64,000 nucleotides of DNA from Rotaria socialis (lineage: Eukaryota). The translations under genes and the position numbers were made by a program. The notes below the pieces were generated by a model. It searched no databases. It had not been told where the DNA came from and saw only the letters and a list, made by a program, of their open reading frames with translations. Below, piece by piece: positions 12,231 through 25,811 of this stretch (the stretch's first letter is position 1; each line of letters opens with the position of its first letter). The stretch lies in NCBI GenBank assembly GCA_905331295.1, contig CAJNYD010000049.1, forward strand, positions 1 through 64,000. The letters are read 5' to 3'.

Positions 12231-14815
12231 CACTAACTGTACTGGTGGTTAATAGCGCACATTACAAATGGGTTTGAAATACAAAGATCTAGGATATCTA
12301 AAAATCTGGCTTTGTATCATAGAAATACAATCTGCTAGAATTTTCATCTACAAATCATGAACGATGTGTATTGTGTTGCTATTAAAATATACTTTTATTT
12401 ACAGTTACTCTAGTATCACACTGAGAGGTCCTACTATCGTGCGGCGTGGGTATGTTTAATCCAGCGACTATCATTGCAATTTGATCCAGACTAAAGGAAT
12501 CATCAGATAAATTCGAGTTAATATGTATGTGCTCGCAATGATATTATATGATCATAAATAAGTAGCTTGTGTTGTACGCTTTCAATTCAAAATTGAGGAT
12601 AAAATGAGCTTGTGGTAGGAGAGATGGGTACCTAATGCAGCATGATGTTCTCACTTACAAACATGAGTCTTTCAGTTTTTCTCTGATGAATTCGATGAAC
12701 ATGAGTATGAATGATGTATGTGGATTTGAAGTGTTTAAGGAGAATATCAATACTCAAACCCGCATCATCACTTGTTATTGTTTGCAATTGATCAAATCTG
12801 ATTTCGGTTGAATTAAGACGCCTCGAATCAAACAATGGAAAAACGAACAGATGACACTGGGTGAATTTGTTTTTGATCACTGACATAATATACTAGCATC
12901 TAGCCTAAATAGGTTCTTAAACAGGTACTATTAGTAAATAATCGATCAAAATAAGATACGGATTAAATACTAGATCAATTTGGTATTTATTCATTCGCGA
13001 AGTAACAAAATAATTTGATATATTTGCAGAAATTTAGCCTGTTTGGTTTTGAATAAAATATTTTCACCTCTTTTACTGTTGGGTTTACTGATTTTTTCCA
13101 ATTGGTATGCCGAAAGATAATTGATTTTGGAATCTATGTTTAGTTCATTGCCTTTTATGTACGAATTTCATTGTTTCAGCATTTGCTGCAATATGATGTT
13201 TGCGTCTTTTTGTTTTATTTTCAACACAATTTCTATATAATCCTAACAACTCGCTGACGAGTGCATTCAGTTCAATGGTATTGCTGGATATTAATTTATT
13301 GTCGGTGATGCTCGTCGCATCTCATCAGTGACGATAGGCTGAGCTAAAGATTTTCAATCAAGCAAAAGAACTCGTTCCCGAACACGAAAGTCACACGTTG
13401 ACCTGCTGCATGACGATTGTCTACTATTGTGAAATAATATTCTATCTGGCCAGTGATACTCCTATTAAACTAAACCTGTCTATTCAATTGCATTGATCAA
13501 TCATGCATGTGATCAATTGATTAGCGAAACGGTTGCTTTCTATTTATGAAGAGAAAAAAGTTTGTTTGGTTCATTGGACACATTTGCTTATTACACGTCT
13601 ACCGTTATGAATTAAAAATAGGACATAAATGTGTGCGTGAAGCTTCAAGGACGCTATGCTGTATGATTGATGCATTGCCTCTTCTTTTTTTTTCAATGAG
13701 ATCGACGGCATAAAAGAATGAAATGAAATCTAAAATAAAAATAAAAATAAAAATTCACAAGCACATTGACCCAGTTCAATCGATTGGCGCGTCACCTTTC
13801 CAATGAACACTTGTTAATCGATTTCGTTTTTTTGTTTTGATAAATAGTTGACAGCCTGTTCTTTATCTTTCCTTCTTCTTTGTTCTCTTATCGTATACAT
13901 CTTGTTTTCACATATACAAGCATAAGTCAAACAATCGAGTGAAACAGTCATTCTTTTTTTTTTATTACACAAAGAGTGAACTCTGTTTGTTATACAGAAA
14001 TTCTTTCAGAATCGCCAGAATTAGGTAGTACGTATATAATAAATTATACTAACACACAGAGACAATAAAAAAATTTCACGATTGTAGAGTCAATCCTTTT
14101 ATTTTCTTTGCTCGAGACACTCTTCCTATATGTTATGAATAATGTCGAGGGGTAGAAATGATATGTAGTCCTTGATTAAAACAAAGATACTACCAAAATT
14201 ACCAGTTATAACCGAATAATAACAACAAATATGTACGCGAATAAAAGCTTGTTTGTGTTTTTTTATTATTTTAGCAAAATGTTGACGCAGGATCAACAAT
14301 CGTCAAGGTTTGCTTTCTACTCAAACGAAGCAAACCACAATGGTGACTAGGCTAAACTACCATGACATGATATCAGAAGATTTTTCTGTTCGTTCATCAT
14401 TTTAATAAGTAGCAACAACAAAATCATCTATTGAATCAAAAGAAGTTCTACGTGCGCAATGTAATTCGTCTCCAACAAATAACGATTGTGACCGTAGGAA
14501 TCAGCGACCGAACTCGAACCACTTCTTAAAAAAACGTTGTCTTTTATGCGAACTAACATCTGTTTTGCAAAAAAATCCGCTAATGTATAAAATTATCATA
14601 ACGCATTCGATTAACCTTGATGTAAATTTGAATGACATTATGTTACTATTTACAGCAATAAGAGTAACGGCCTTTATGATAATTAGTCATTTTCAATATA
14701 CGCTCGAAGTATAAAATAGTCGATTCGATGCGGTCTCGTTTTCGTGCTCTTAGAAAGAAAAATTTACTTAATATTTTAATATACATATATTTGTATACGT
14801 TCATTTTCATTTCAG

Positions 14816-17800
14816 ATGAGCGAATCGAAATTATATTTTATCAGTATCATTTTATATTTATATATTTTATTGACTGTTGCCGATAATAATGAAAGTAATA
14901 ATAATGTTGCCGCTGCTAAACCGTATGCGCGAGGTAATGTATTCATAAAAATATCGTTCGATTGATTAACATCTAATCTGTGATCGTCTATCAAAAAACG
15001 ATTATTTTCGAAAAGTTAATTATTATTCTTTAAATCGATTAGAATAATTTTTCAGTGTTTCCGTTCTGTTGAAGAAGTTAAATTTCGATAATTCGCTGTT
15101 AGATATTGACAACGCACAGTAATCTATTATATCTCACAAAAAAACGTTTTTTTTTTCCCACAAGCACCCGAGTTAAAAGAGCTTAGTGCCGAGTAGATTA
15201 TTGAAAGAATGACACTCCAGTATGAATTCTACTATTATTCTCAATCGAAAGATAACCTTGACAGAGAAGACTACAACATCTTTAGAAAATTTCCCATACA
15301 AATCAATTACATATATTTCTATTGTAGTATGTGGCGACATTCATGTAACAGTATTCGAATTAAAAACTGGTTTTAAGAACAATCAGTTGCTGTTATGTGA
15401 AATAAGTCTTGGTTCTGTTACATATGCTCCAATGAATTCCGTAAAGAATGCAAGCACAGCAACGTCAATATCTTTTCCACATCTTCGTGAAATCTATGGT
15501 TATGTGTTACTAGGTTATTCATCCGTGGATTCATTTTCATCCATGTTTCCGAATTTATCCGTTATACATGGACGAGATTTACATCAGGGTTATTCATTAA
15601 TTGTCACGAACAATTTTCTATTAAATGAATTAGGTTTAAAGTCATTAATGAGCATACGCCGAGGAAATGTAATTATAGCTCGAAATGCTCAATTGTGTTA
15701 TGGAAAATCTTTACGTTGGAATGATTTATTAGAAACAAAAAAGAATCATATTATATTACGACAAAATCGCGATAATTGTGCTTTCTGTCCGACATGTCCA
15801 TCAGCATGTTGGTCGCCAACACAATGTCAAAAAATATGTTCAGCAAATTGTCAAGGAAATTGCGTATCAGCAAAAGTCTGTTGTCACGAACAATGTGTTG
15901 GAGGATGTTATTATCATAATCGAACTATGTCATCGACTTTAATTTGTAATGCTTGCAGAAACATGAGAATCTATTCTACGGGGATATGCGTACAAAAATG
16001 TCCAACAAATATGTTGAAAGTAAAGTTTACTTTTGATGTTTTGTTAACTTTCATAGTTTGTGCTTTTTCCTTCATATTCTTAAGAAATTTTTTTTTTATT
16101 TCAAAGACTCGCAATTCGTTATGTGTAACTCCTGCAGAATGTAAGTCGTTGGTTTCGGGCACTGCTTTCATTTTAGAAGGGACAAATGAATGCGTTTTAT
16201 CTTGTCCGTCTGGTTTTGTTCGAGAGCCAGATTCACGTTGTGTTCGTTGCATATCATCGGCAGATAATAGTTATTGCAATGGTACATGTCGCGATAAACA
16301 TATTCAATCAATAGAAGACTTTAAATTATTAAAATATTGTTCACGCGTATATACATTAAGTATTTATAATATACAAACAGTCGAATCAAAAGGAACTAGT
16401 TTCCAAGAAGCATTTGCTGCATTTGAATCACTAGAGCAAATTGATCATGAATTTACAATACGTAATGTTAAAATATTTTCAACATTAAAAATCTTTTCTC
16501 GACTTCGCCGTATTGGCACAGCATCAAATTCTTCGATGACAATTGAGGAAAACGAATTTCTAACTGAACTATGGCCATCCACACAACCGCGGCCAACTAT
16601 TCAAGGGAATTTAAATATTGTTCGTAATGCTCGTTTATGTATAGAACATATTACAGATTTTATTAATTATACAACTAAACATGAACGAGGTTTTAATGAT
16701 TATTGTTATTGATATTCTATTGAACAAACTCAATTTTTATTTAGATCTTCAACCAACACCCGACACATTGAATCAATATGCTAATGGATATTTAACATCG
16801 TGCGAATCAAATTTTTTAGAAATAACAATTAGTAATATAAGTTCATTAACAGCACGAGTTAATATTGCTATAGCAAAAGATTTATTTCTTCACTCAAGTG
16901 GTAAAGCCAAAAATTTACGTCGGTCATTTTTCTCAGTTTTTTACAAACCAACACGAACGAAAAATGAAACATATTTCGATGCAACACATTCATTGAATTG
17001 GTTAAGAAAGGTTGAAATGGTCAATTATAATCGTCCACCAAATAGTAAATATGCATTCGAATTTATCTTCATTCAAGATTAACGAGTCCAATAGATAGAT
17101 AATTCACTCACACCCTTGTTCGTATTAGCGCTTGAATTCATATAATCCGCTTTTTGATTTAACTGGGGAAACTTGATAGAAGATCATTTCCAAAGGAAAT
17201 TGAAACTACGATTAAATCTACAAGGTGCAGAGTGTATAAAGGATATTCGAGAAAATACATAAACGGATAGGGATCACAATAGTTTTCTACCTGTCGTTCC
17301 CGAGCGAAACACTAAACCGGATGAACTTCTTGAATTTTTATTGATATAATATTGTCTAGAGGAAGAATAGAGAGAGAGAGAGTATACTAGACAATGTGCG
17401 CGAAATTATTAATCTTCTTTTAGGTGAATCGTTTAAAATGAGCACACAATTAGAGTCACTTGTTGGCTATCAATGGTATGCAGTTTATGTATCAATAACA
17501 TCAAATCTTGATACAATCGGTTCATTTTCTTCTATTACTTATTTTCAAACATTACAACGTCAACCGGAACCAGTGCTTAATTTGCATGGTAAATCATTAT
17601 CTCGATCAACAATTGAGTTAGTATGGCAAACGCCATCGAAACCTAATGGTCCAACAACAAATTATCTCGTCTATTATGCACCCATAGAAGATCGTTTACC
17701 AGTCGATAATTCAAAATTATTGTGTTTAATGAAAGGTAAATTGAAAGTATAAAAGAATTTATTTCGCTAAATAAACGATACATAATTTGTTTTCTTAGAT

Positions 17801-19843
17801 CGTTGGCGATCGGAAGTAAATGTTCAAGTTAATAATTTAAATCTTACGCAGTCAGTACAATGTTCACAATCTAAAACTGAAGTAAATAATGTGATCACAA
17901 ATAATTATGATTATGATGATGAAGAAAGTACAAATATTGACCACGTTGCAACGGATTTATCTATAATTGAATATAAACTTATTAATTCTGTCACTCGACG
18001 AAACGATCCCCTAACGCTTAGTAAAGAAGTTAAAGCTGACATCATCAATAATTTAGATATTTTTTTTGAAAATAACACTACTGATTTTAATGATAACTAT
18101 CAGATAGACGTTCAAGAGTCATCCGTTGTTGAACACAGACCATATATTGATCAATACAATCGATCTACATCCGACACAAGAATTATTATTGACGCTTTAA
18201 AAGAAGCACAACTGTATCTATTTCAAGTATATGCATGTCATAATATATCGAAACAAGCTTTATCGAATTCTTGTAGTCTTAATGGAATTATATTAGCGGT
18301 TAGAACAAAACCCGGTGATGGTATGTTTTAATGAACCGTAGAGAAGCTATTTTTCGCTCTAGTGAACCCTGAAAGCTGAAAAACGGTTTTGGTTTTTCTA
18401 GAGATCCTATATTTTGTAGCTCGTGCAGATGCTGATCAAAATTGAATTTTCGGAGTCGAAACAATTCGAATTCACAGGGCTTCAGTAGATTATCTTCATA
18501 TCCTTCGCAAAGGATATTTCGGTTGGACTTAACGTGATAATTCTCTTGTGGTTGTTCGCTGTTACCGATTAGAATTCTGTATTAAAAGTTATTCTTTTCT
18601 AATGCATCCTGTTTTCAATTCATTTTTTTTCTAGCTTCGCGTGATTTAGTACGGAATGTTCAACTTACCTCTTCAGCAGATGATTCTGATCGTTTAACAG
18701 CTGGTGAAAGACTATTTCTGTATCGAATATCATGGTTGGAACCACTAGACCCAAATGGACTTGTTTATTATTATATGATATATATTGCACAAAATAGTAA
18801 TAATGAATCAGTACAAGAATATTGTGTCGGTTATGATAAATATTCAATAAGTGTAATACTTTTACCGAGTACAACGTATCGTTTAAGAATCATAACATAT
18901 ACAATAGCTAGATTGAATAACGAATATGACGATAGAGAACGGATCAATGGCGAACCCAGTCCATCTAATTCAACAAATTTTATTTTTGAATTGACTTTTA
19001 CAACAAAAGGTTTATCAAGTAAGATTGAAAGAAAGAGAAATCTGTAGTATAAGATTATAAACGTGTAGATTTAGTTAAATGAAATAAATAGACGATGTTT
19101 TATATTCGATTCTCATAATGAGGAAAAGAATTCTATAAATGCTATATGAAAATAAACCAAATTGAGACTATAAACCATCACGTACGGCTGTGGGTATTTC
19201 TCATCTCTCAACTCATGCCTAACTCTTGGATTCGTCTAGGGCCTTTTCAGCGTCTTCCATGGCCAAATCCAAACTAGGATAGGGTATCTAGTAACTGCAA
19301 CAGATCGTCATTCATTCAATAGCATAACATATAATAGATCTCCTTGATAGCGCCACGAAACGACTATTTCAATACAGTGCTTATCGATATCGCAGCTAAA
19401 TGTACGCAAACGAACTCCCCTAAAACAGAAAACGCTTTGTTTATCATTGATCAACAATTTGCTTTAAAAAATGGATGTATTGTTGCTTCTATTGAAGTAA
19501 CAATCTATGACTTTTCTGGGTCAGTTTCTCAGTTTGACCGAAAGAATATGTAAGATAAAAAGACTTTATTTTCGTTCAATTTTTATTAAAAAAATTCTAT
19601 TCATCATACCTATAAATTTTAGGTAATCAATTATTTCGACAAAATCGTTTACCAATATTTATATTAATAATTTTGTTAACTATAATTTTACTAATCGTTA
19701 TAGTTATTGCACTAATTTATTATTATAAATCTCGTCGAAGGACTAAAACATCAAGACCAGCATTTCGTTGCTTGTTAACGACTGTATACGACGACGTAAA
19801 CGACCGTACGCGATCGTACTCATTGCAACATACGATGGTATAA
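14816..19843 (+). CDS. Insulin/IGF-receptor-like ectodomain protein with TM helix and short tail, no kinase domain
   Basis: Predicted exons 14816-14933 (signal peptide), 15328-16019, 16107-16689, 16745-17044, 17424-17735, 17799-18320, 18635-19018, 19623-19843; L domain (FPHLREIYGYVL, FPNLSVIHG), furin-like Cys-rich region (CCHEQCVGGC), second L domain, FnIII (WQTPSKPNG, EPLDPNGLVYYY), TM; AATAAA about 19920. Confidence 0.85.
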
Positions 19844-20154
19844 GAACTCTCTTTTTTTGTCATAGAAGTTATCTTTGAATTGTTTATTCTTTTTACTTTG
19901 TATGATCAATATTGTTCGTAATAAAATGCATGTATTTGAAATATCATACTATCACCCCTCAGATATTATTATTATGTAAATAAATAACATAAAAGGCGTT
20001 GACTGAATAAAACTCTGCATTTTCTAATAATCTTAATCAAAGCACAACTATTTTTTTATTCTTTTTGAATAGAAATTTGATAAAGCCAATTGCTGAAAAG
20101 CAAGAGTTAAAATAAGTTTTTCACAATGTAGGTCCTAACTTATGAGCTCAAATA

Positions 20155-23100
20155 CTAGCATGCACCATTGATCAAATTGTTAGTGTGTATTTCCAGTTCT
20201 CGATTCATGTTGTGAACTTTGTTGCAACGGTGCTCGATATAATTAACATGTAGTTTAAGTTCTCGATACACCGTCTCAGCTTGGCGACAGTGTTCAGCAA
20301 AATTATTCGTCAACGTTTCTAACTCTCGACTCTTCTTTTCCATCTTGTTCCAGCGGTGCTGAAACTCGTTAACATCCACTTGAATCTCACGGGTCTTGGT
20401 GTCCATATGGTTGCATCGTTGCTCGAAATCGCTGATATGCGCACCAAGCTGTGTCCTCATGGTTTCTGTCTGATGACAGCATTTCTCAACGTTGTGATTC
20501 TGTGTTTCAAGTTCTCGATACTTCTTCTCAACTTTGTTACAACTCAATTGTAGATCGTTAATCTGCGTTTCAAGCTCTTGATTCTTCGATTCCACTTGGC
20601 TGAGATTTTGCTCCAGATCACTGATGTGAGTAACATGCTGTCCATTTATCGTTTCAACTTGAATAAAGCGTGTCTCAATTTTTTCATTTTGTATTTCTAA
20701 CTCTCGATTTTTTGTGACTATATGGTTACAGGATTGCTCCAGTTCGTTAATATGAGCGTCCAGCTGCCGTTCCGTGGTTTCAGCTTGATGACACCGTTGC
20801 TCAAAATTGTTACACTGCGTTTCGAGCGTTCGATTCTTTTTCTCCACTTTGCTACAGCGTTGCTGAAGGCTACTAACATCCGTTTCAATCTCTCGATTCT
20901 TCATATCCGTTTGGTTGTAGCGTTGTTGAACATCGTTAATCTGCGCTGCTAGCTGTTGATTTATGGTCTCTACTTGATGACAACGTTGCTCAAAATCGTT
21001 ATTTTGCGTTTCGAGCATTCGTGTCTTCGTGTCCAGATGACTGCAACGTTGTTCAAAATCGTTGATGTGTACTCCCAATTGCCTATTCGTTGTCTCCACT
21101 TGATGGCAGCGTTGATCGAAGTTGTTGTTGAGAACTTCTAATTCTCGACTCTTGCTGTCCACTTTGTTGAAGCATTCCCGAAGATCTCCGATGTGTATCT
21201 CAAGCTCTCGATCCTTCGTGTTCATTTGGTTGCACCTTTCCTCAAATTCGTTAATATCTACTCGAAGCTCTCTATTCATGATTTCCACCTGATGACAACG
21301 TTGCTCCAGGCCGTTATATTGTGTTTCTAACTCTCGATTCTTCTTGTCTACTTTATCCCAGCGTTGCTCAAAGTCATTAAAGTGTACTCTGAACTCTTGA
21401 CAAGTGGTCTGAATTAGATGGGAATGTCGCTCAAAGTTTTTATTCTGTCCTTGAAGGTCTTGATTCATGGTTTCTACTAGATGACAGCGTTGCTCGAATT
21501 TCCCATTTAGCACTTCTAGTTCTAAATATTTCTCCTCGATTTTCTTGCAGCATTGTTGAAGATCATTAATCTGTACACCAAGCTGTTGATTCACGGTATC
21601 CACCTCATGATGACGTTGCTCAAAGCTACGATTCTGATTTTCAAGCTCTTGATTTTTCATGTTAGCGTGTTTCTGACTTAGCTCAATGTCGTTAACACGC
21701 ACACCAAACTGTCGATTCATTGTCTCCAGTTCATGACAACGTTGTTCTAAGTTCTTATTCTGTGTTTCAAGCTTTTGATTTATGATCTCCACTAGATGAC
21801 AACGTTGCTCAAAGTTCTTATTCTTTGCTTCTAGTTCTCGATTGTTTTTGTCCATTTCATTGGAATGTTGCTGTAGATCGCTAATCTGTGTTTCAAACTG
21901 TCGATTCTTGATACCAGCATGGCTGTGAGTTTGCTCAAGATCATTGACTCGTGCTACAAGCTGGCGATTGGTATTCTCCATTTGATGACATCGTTGGTCA
22001 AGACTTTGATTCTGTGTTTCCAACTTTTGATTCGTGATTTCGACTAGGTGACATCGTTGGTCAAAGTTACTATTCTTCGTTTCAATTTCTCGATTAGTCG
22101 TAGTCATTTGCTGAGATCGTTGTTGAAGATTGTTGATCTCCATTTCAAGTTCTTTATTTTTTATATGGAGTTCATTGTAGTGCTGCTGAAAATCATTCAT
22201 CTGCAGTGCAAACTGTCGATTCGTAGTTTCAATTTGATGAAAACGTTGTTCAAAGTTTTGACTTTGCACTTCTAGTTCGCGATTCCCATTATCCACTTTG
22301 TTGCAGTTTTGATGAACCTCGTTTATCTGTGTTTCCAGGTCACGGTTTTTTGTGTCAGTTTGGTTACAACGTTGTTCTAAACTGGTAATCTGTGTTCCGA
22401 ATTGTTGATGGATGATCTCCGTCTGGCGACAGCGCTTGTCAAATTCATGGTTCTGCGTTTCCAACTGCCGATTGGCGTTGTCCACTTTATGATAGCCCTG
22501 TTGAAGCTCATTAATGTGCACTTCCAGCTGTCGATTATTGGTCTCTAATTGATGGCAACGTTGTTCAAATTTGTTATTCTGCGTTTCGAGTTCTCGATTT
22601 TTATTGTCCACTAGGTTGCATCGTTGCAAAAGATGATTAACTTGTATTTCAAGCTCACGAGTCTTGGTCATCGTTCGATGACAAAATTGCTCAAAATTAT
22701 TTTTCTGTCCTTCTAGATCTTGATTGGTTTTGTCCATTTTGTTGTACCGTTGAAGGAGGTCGTTGAGTTGCATTTCAAGTTCTCGACTCTTTGTGTCTAT
22801 TTGAGTGTTATGTTGCTCCAAATTGTTATTCTGATTTTTAAGATCTCGAGTTATGATATCGAGTTGGTTGCAGCGTTGATCAAAGTCATTAACCTGTGTT
22901 TCGAGTTTTTCATTCGCTGCGTTGGCATCATGACCATGTTGCTGAAGGTTCTGAAGCTGTATTTCTACTTCTGTATACTTCTTGTCCAGATAGTTACTGT
23001 GTTTTTCAAACTCGTTCAAGAGTTCAATGTCATGGTGTTTGAGACTTTTCAGCTGCTGCGCAAGGTGCTGAACGTCTTTTGTCAGATGTTTATAGTTTTT

Positions 23101-23535
23101 CTCGAGAATAATGTATTGACCAAGAGTTACTCTTTCGTGTTCGTAGGGAAAACTCTCTGCTCTCCTAGTATATATATATTTTGATGATGTCGGTCTGTGC
23201 ACGAATTCTTGCATTTCATATGGTGATCCTATGCGTGGATAAAGGTATTCGGGCAATGCGTCTGAATAACTGGTTTGTTTTTTCGTTTTTTCTTGAATGG
23301 AGTACTCTACTGGGTTTCGATCATACTTATTTCTAGAATAATGTCCATCGATTCTCGGTTCATCAGCGTGCTTTGGTACATCACGGCAGAGGGAACAAGA
23401 GCGATGGTGTCTTGATTTGGCTTCAGTAGAGTAAGGATCAAATGAGTAATCAAGTGATGAAGATCGGTGATGATGAATGGAAGTATCATTACATATTTTA
23501 CACATAAAATGCGTGCTGGTCGGCTGCTTATCCAT
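20155..23535 (-). CDS. Long coiled-coil protein built of about 40 degenerate 21-aa repeats
   Basis: 1126-aa uninterrupted ORF; repeat type FEQRCHQVETxNRQLxxxINd. Confidence 0.85.
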   Translation of the reverse strand: MDKQPTSTHFMCKICNDTSIHHHRSSSLDYSFDPYSTEAKSRHHRSCSLCRDVPKHADEPRIDGHYSRNKYDRNPVEYSIQEKTKKQTSYSDALPEYLYPRIGSPYEMQEFVHRPTSSKYIYTRRAESFPYEHERVTLGQYIILEKNYKHLTKDVQHLAQQLKSLKHHDIELLNEFEKHSNYLDKKYTEVEIQLQNLQQHGHDANAANEKLETQVNDFDQRCNQLDIITRDLKNQNNNLEQHNTQIDTKSRELEMQLNDLLQRYNKMDKTNQDLEGQKNNFEQFCHRTMTKTRELEIQVNHLLQRCNLVDNKNRELETQNNKFEQRCHQLETNNRQLEVHINELQQGYHKVDNANRQLETQNHEFDKRCRQTEIIHQQFGTQITSLEQRCNQTDTKNRDLETQINEVHQNCNKVDNGNRELEVQSQNFEQRFHQIETTNRQFALQMNDFQQHYNELHIKNKELEMEINNLQQRSQQMTTTNREIETKNSNFDQRCHLVEITNQKLETQNQSLDQRCHQMENTNRQLVARVNDLEQTHSHAGIKNRQFETQISDLQQHSNEMDKNNRELEAKNKNFEQRCHLVEIINQKLETQNKNLEQRCHELETMNRQFGVRVNDIELSQKHANMKNQELENQNRSFEQRHHEVDTVNQQLGVQINDLQQCCKKIEEKYLELEVLNGKFEQRCHLVETMNQDLQGQNKNFERHSHLIQTTCQEFRVHFNDFEQRWDKVDKKNRELETQYNGLEQRCHQVEIMNRELRVDINEFEERCNQMNTKDRELEIHIGDLRECFNKVDSKSRELEVLNNNFDQRCHQVETTNRQLGVHINDFEQRCSHLDTKTRMLETQNNDFEQRCHQVETINQQLAAQINDVQQRYNQTDMKNREIETDVSSLQQRCSKVEKKNRTLETQCNNFEQRCHQAETTERQLDAHINELEQSCNHIVTKNRELEIQNEKIETRFIQVETINGQHVTHISDLEQNLSQVESKNQELETQINDLQLSCNKVEKKYRELETQNHNVEKCCHQTETMRTQLGAHISDFEQRCNHMDTKTREIQVDVNEFQHRWNKMEKKSRELETLTNNFAEHCRQAETVYRELKLHVNYIEHRCNKVHNMNRELEIHTNNLINGAC

Positions 23536-25372
23536 GTAGACAAGATAACGTGTTCACTTGTTTTAGCGCTTTACACCTACAACTAAGAATAGTAACATCA
23601 TTCTATGCAATGAATTGAAAAGAATGTGGTTGTGAGGGTGTGAATGCGAGTGTGGAGAAGAACTATATCCACACCCACACCCACACCCAGGTTCTAGTTT
23701 GGTATTGACTACAGACATTATCAGTTACTTGTTTAATGGAAGCAGAGATAAACCAAAAAAGGACGTCCTCTAACCCTTATTTCGACTTGACCTACAGAAA
23801 TTATCACAAATATATGCTACTATTGATACATGACATATGGCTATACTACAACTATTTTCATTACAATACGAATATTAACACCAGGTACGGCTTTTTTATT
23901 TCCTTATTTTTAGCTCTTGGTTGGTTTTGGATTTTCCTACCTCTATAAATCATTTTGGAAAAATATGGCTACCACAAAATTTTGCCTCAGTCATGTACTG
24001 CTCCTCGTGATTGAAAACATATCTAAACCATATGGTTTTTCTGAGTTTTGGCAATTTTTTCGAAATGATTTCCTTTATTAGCTAAACATCTACTAATTAA
24101 CAGAAAGAAAAATCATAGAACACCATGTAGTTCGAGTTCGTTGCATATCAATAGGGAAAGGAGGAAATGATAGATTTTTCAGAGTAAGCTTTAATGTACA
24201 AACTATTCTTATCAAAATACTATAATGTATTACTTAAAATATTCTGCATAAACTTTGTTTTGGGTTTCGAACAAATATTTGCGCGCATGAAATTGTCCCT
24301 TGCCTTCTATAAATAGATGAAAACTGAACACATAGGTTGACTTCTATCTCTATGTTTTATTTGCTGTCTCATTCTTTGAAGTTCTACTAGTACAAATTTA
24401 TCATAATAAATTCAAATGGCTGAAGTAAAGTGATAATTAAACTCTTTGTGATATAATAATGTCTTATCTGTCTATTTGTTAGATTTTCCAGAAAGCCACA
24501 TTTTATCTCTCTAAATGCCTTGTTTCCGAATCAATTGTTTTGATTCACTCCCATAGAAATTCAAATATAAGATGGAATCGATGACTAAATATTAGGTATC
24601 TGGTTACTAAAAAAAACACATTATTCCAAGACAAGTTATTTCTAGGTTTTACAGTAGTTTAGAATGAAAATACGCCACAAAAGAGCAGTATGACTCAAAA
24701 TTATTACACCAGAGTATAATTCACAAAATAAAAAGATAAGTTTATTTACAGATACCGTTTCAAACGACCAAGCCTATTTTCCACTATGCACTGATTGAAT
24801 ATGGCAACTGGTTGCTGTTGATTTCTTATTGACTTTGTTGTGAGTAGAAATCGCTTTCAAATAATGGAGAGAATGAATAATAGTGAGAAATAGAAACATA
24901 TATGAGATGTGTCTTTATAAGATGTTTTATTTCTGCAGTTCTCTCGATCTATGCTCTTTACTATTGTGGTTTTGTTGTTCAAACGGTCGGTGTCTTTCTT
25001 TTCAGATTTTTCTCATGTGGAGAAAAAAGAAAAACAACCATGTTTTTCGTTGATTTTGTTTTCCAGTTACTTCGACGAGTGTCTACACAATATGCATAAA
25101 CAAGTATCAAATCCTTTTAGCGAAGAAATATGTTTTGAAGAGAAACCAATACTCATGAATTACATCAATTTGATTTCTATCAAATAGTTTCTGCGGTTTC
25201 TCTCTGTTAGTCATGAATCTCAGTATTGATTGTGAATCTATAGAAACCTTTTCTTTCTTTCTACACCTCCTAGAGAAATCATTCAGTGAGCGAAACTGAT
25301 CGCACCTTGGTGGATTATCAGGGTGTGAGTGTGAGCGTGCTATCACTTTTGTCATTGGCAACTCACACCAAC

Positions 25373-25539
25373 GGGAGCCCGGAATTTCGGCCCAAGGAAT
25401 TTTCGGGCCGGACTTTCGGCCCAGTAGGAAATGAAGATGAGGATGAGGATGAGGATGATCCAGTTTCATGATAAAAAGAATTTCATTTGAGGCCGAAAGT
25501 CCGGCCCAAAAATTCCTTCGGCCGAAATTCATGTAACCC
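25373..25539. mobile_element. MITE with GGG...CCC termini and AC target duplication
   Basis: About 48-bp imperfect TIRs (GAATTTCGGCCcAAGGAATTTTcGGGCCGGACTTTCGGCC); AC at 25371-72 and 25540-41; internal (GAGGAT)n. Confidence 0.85.
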
Positions 25540-25811
25540 ACACCAGCATCCCATAAATAATTTAATGGTATTTCACTGAAGTCTTGTTATCAAATGACAA
25601 CAGTTTTCTATTGGTGATAATGTTAAGTTTATGAAAAAATCATGTTTTAAACTTATATGATAAGAGGTCGTATGTCTAAAGAATGAGTCAGACACAACAT
25701 TTGCAATACATATCTTCAAAGCAAGTATATATCTATGTATAAATCTAGTGAAAATCATTACAAAATATATGGAGTGTTTACGTGTTCGGTTATACACTTG
25801 TTGACAGCATA

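Noticed and set aside
13301..13333. Possible minus-strand hammerhead (CTGATGA-GATGC..GCATC)
   Set aside because: A stem follows the core but there is no GAAA or cleavage triplet
20356..23184. Plus-strand ORFs inside the coiled-coil gene
   Set aside because: Antisense shadows of a repetitive CDS
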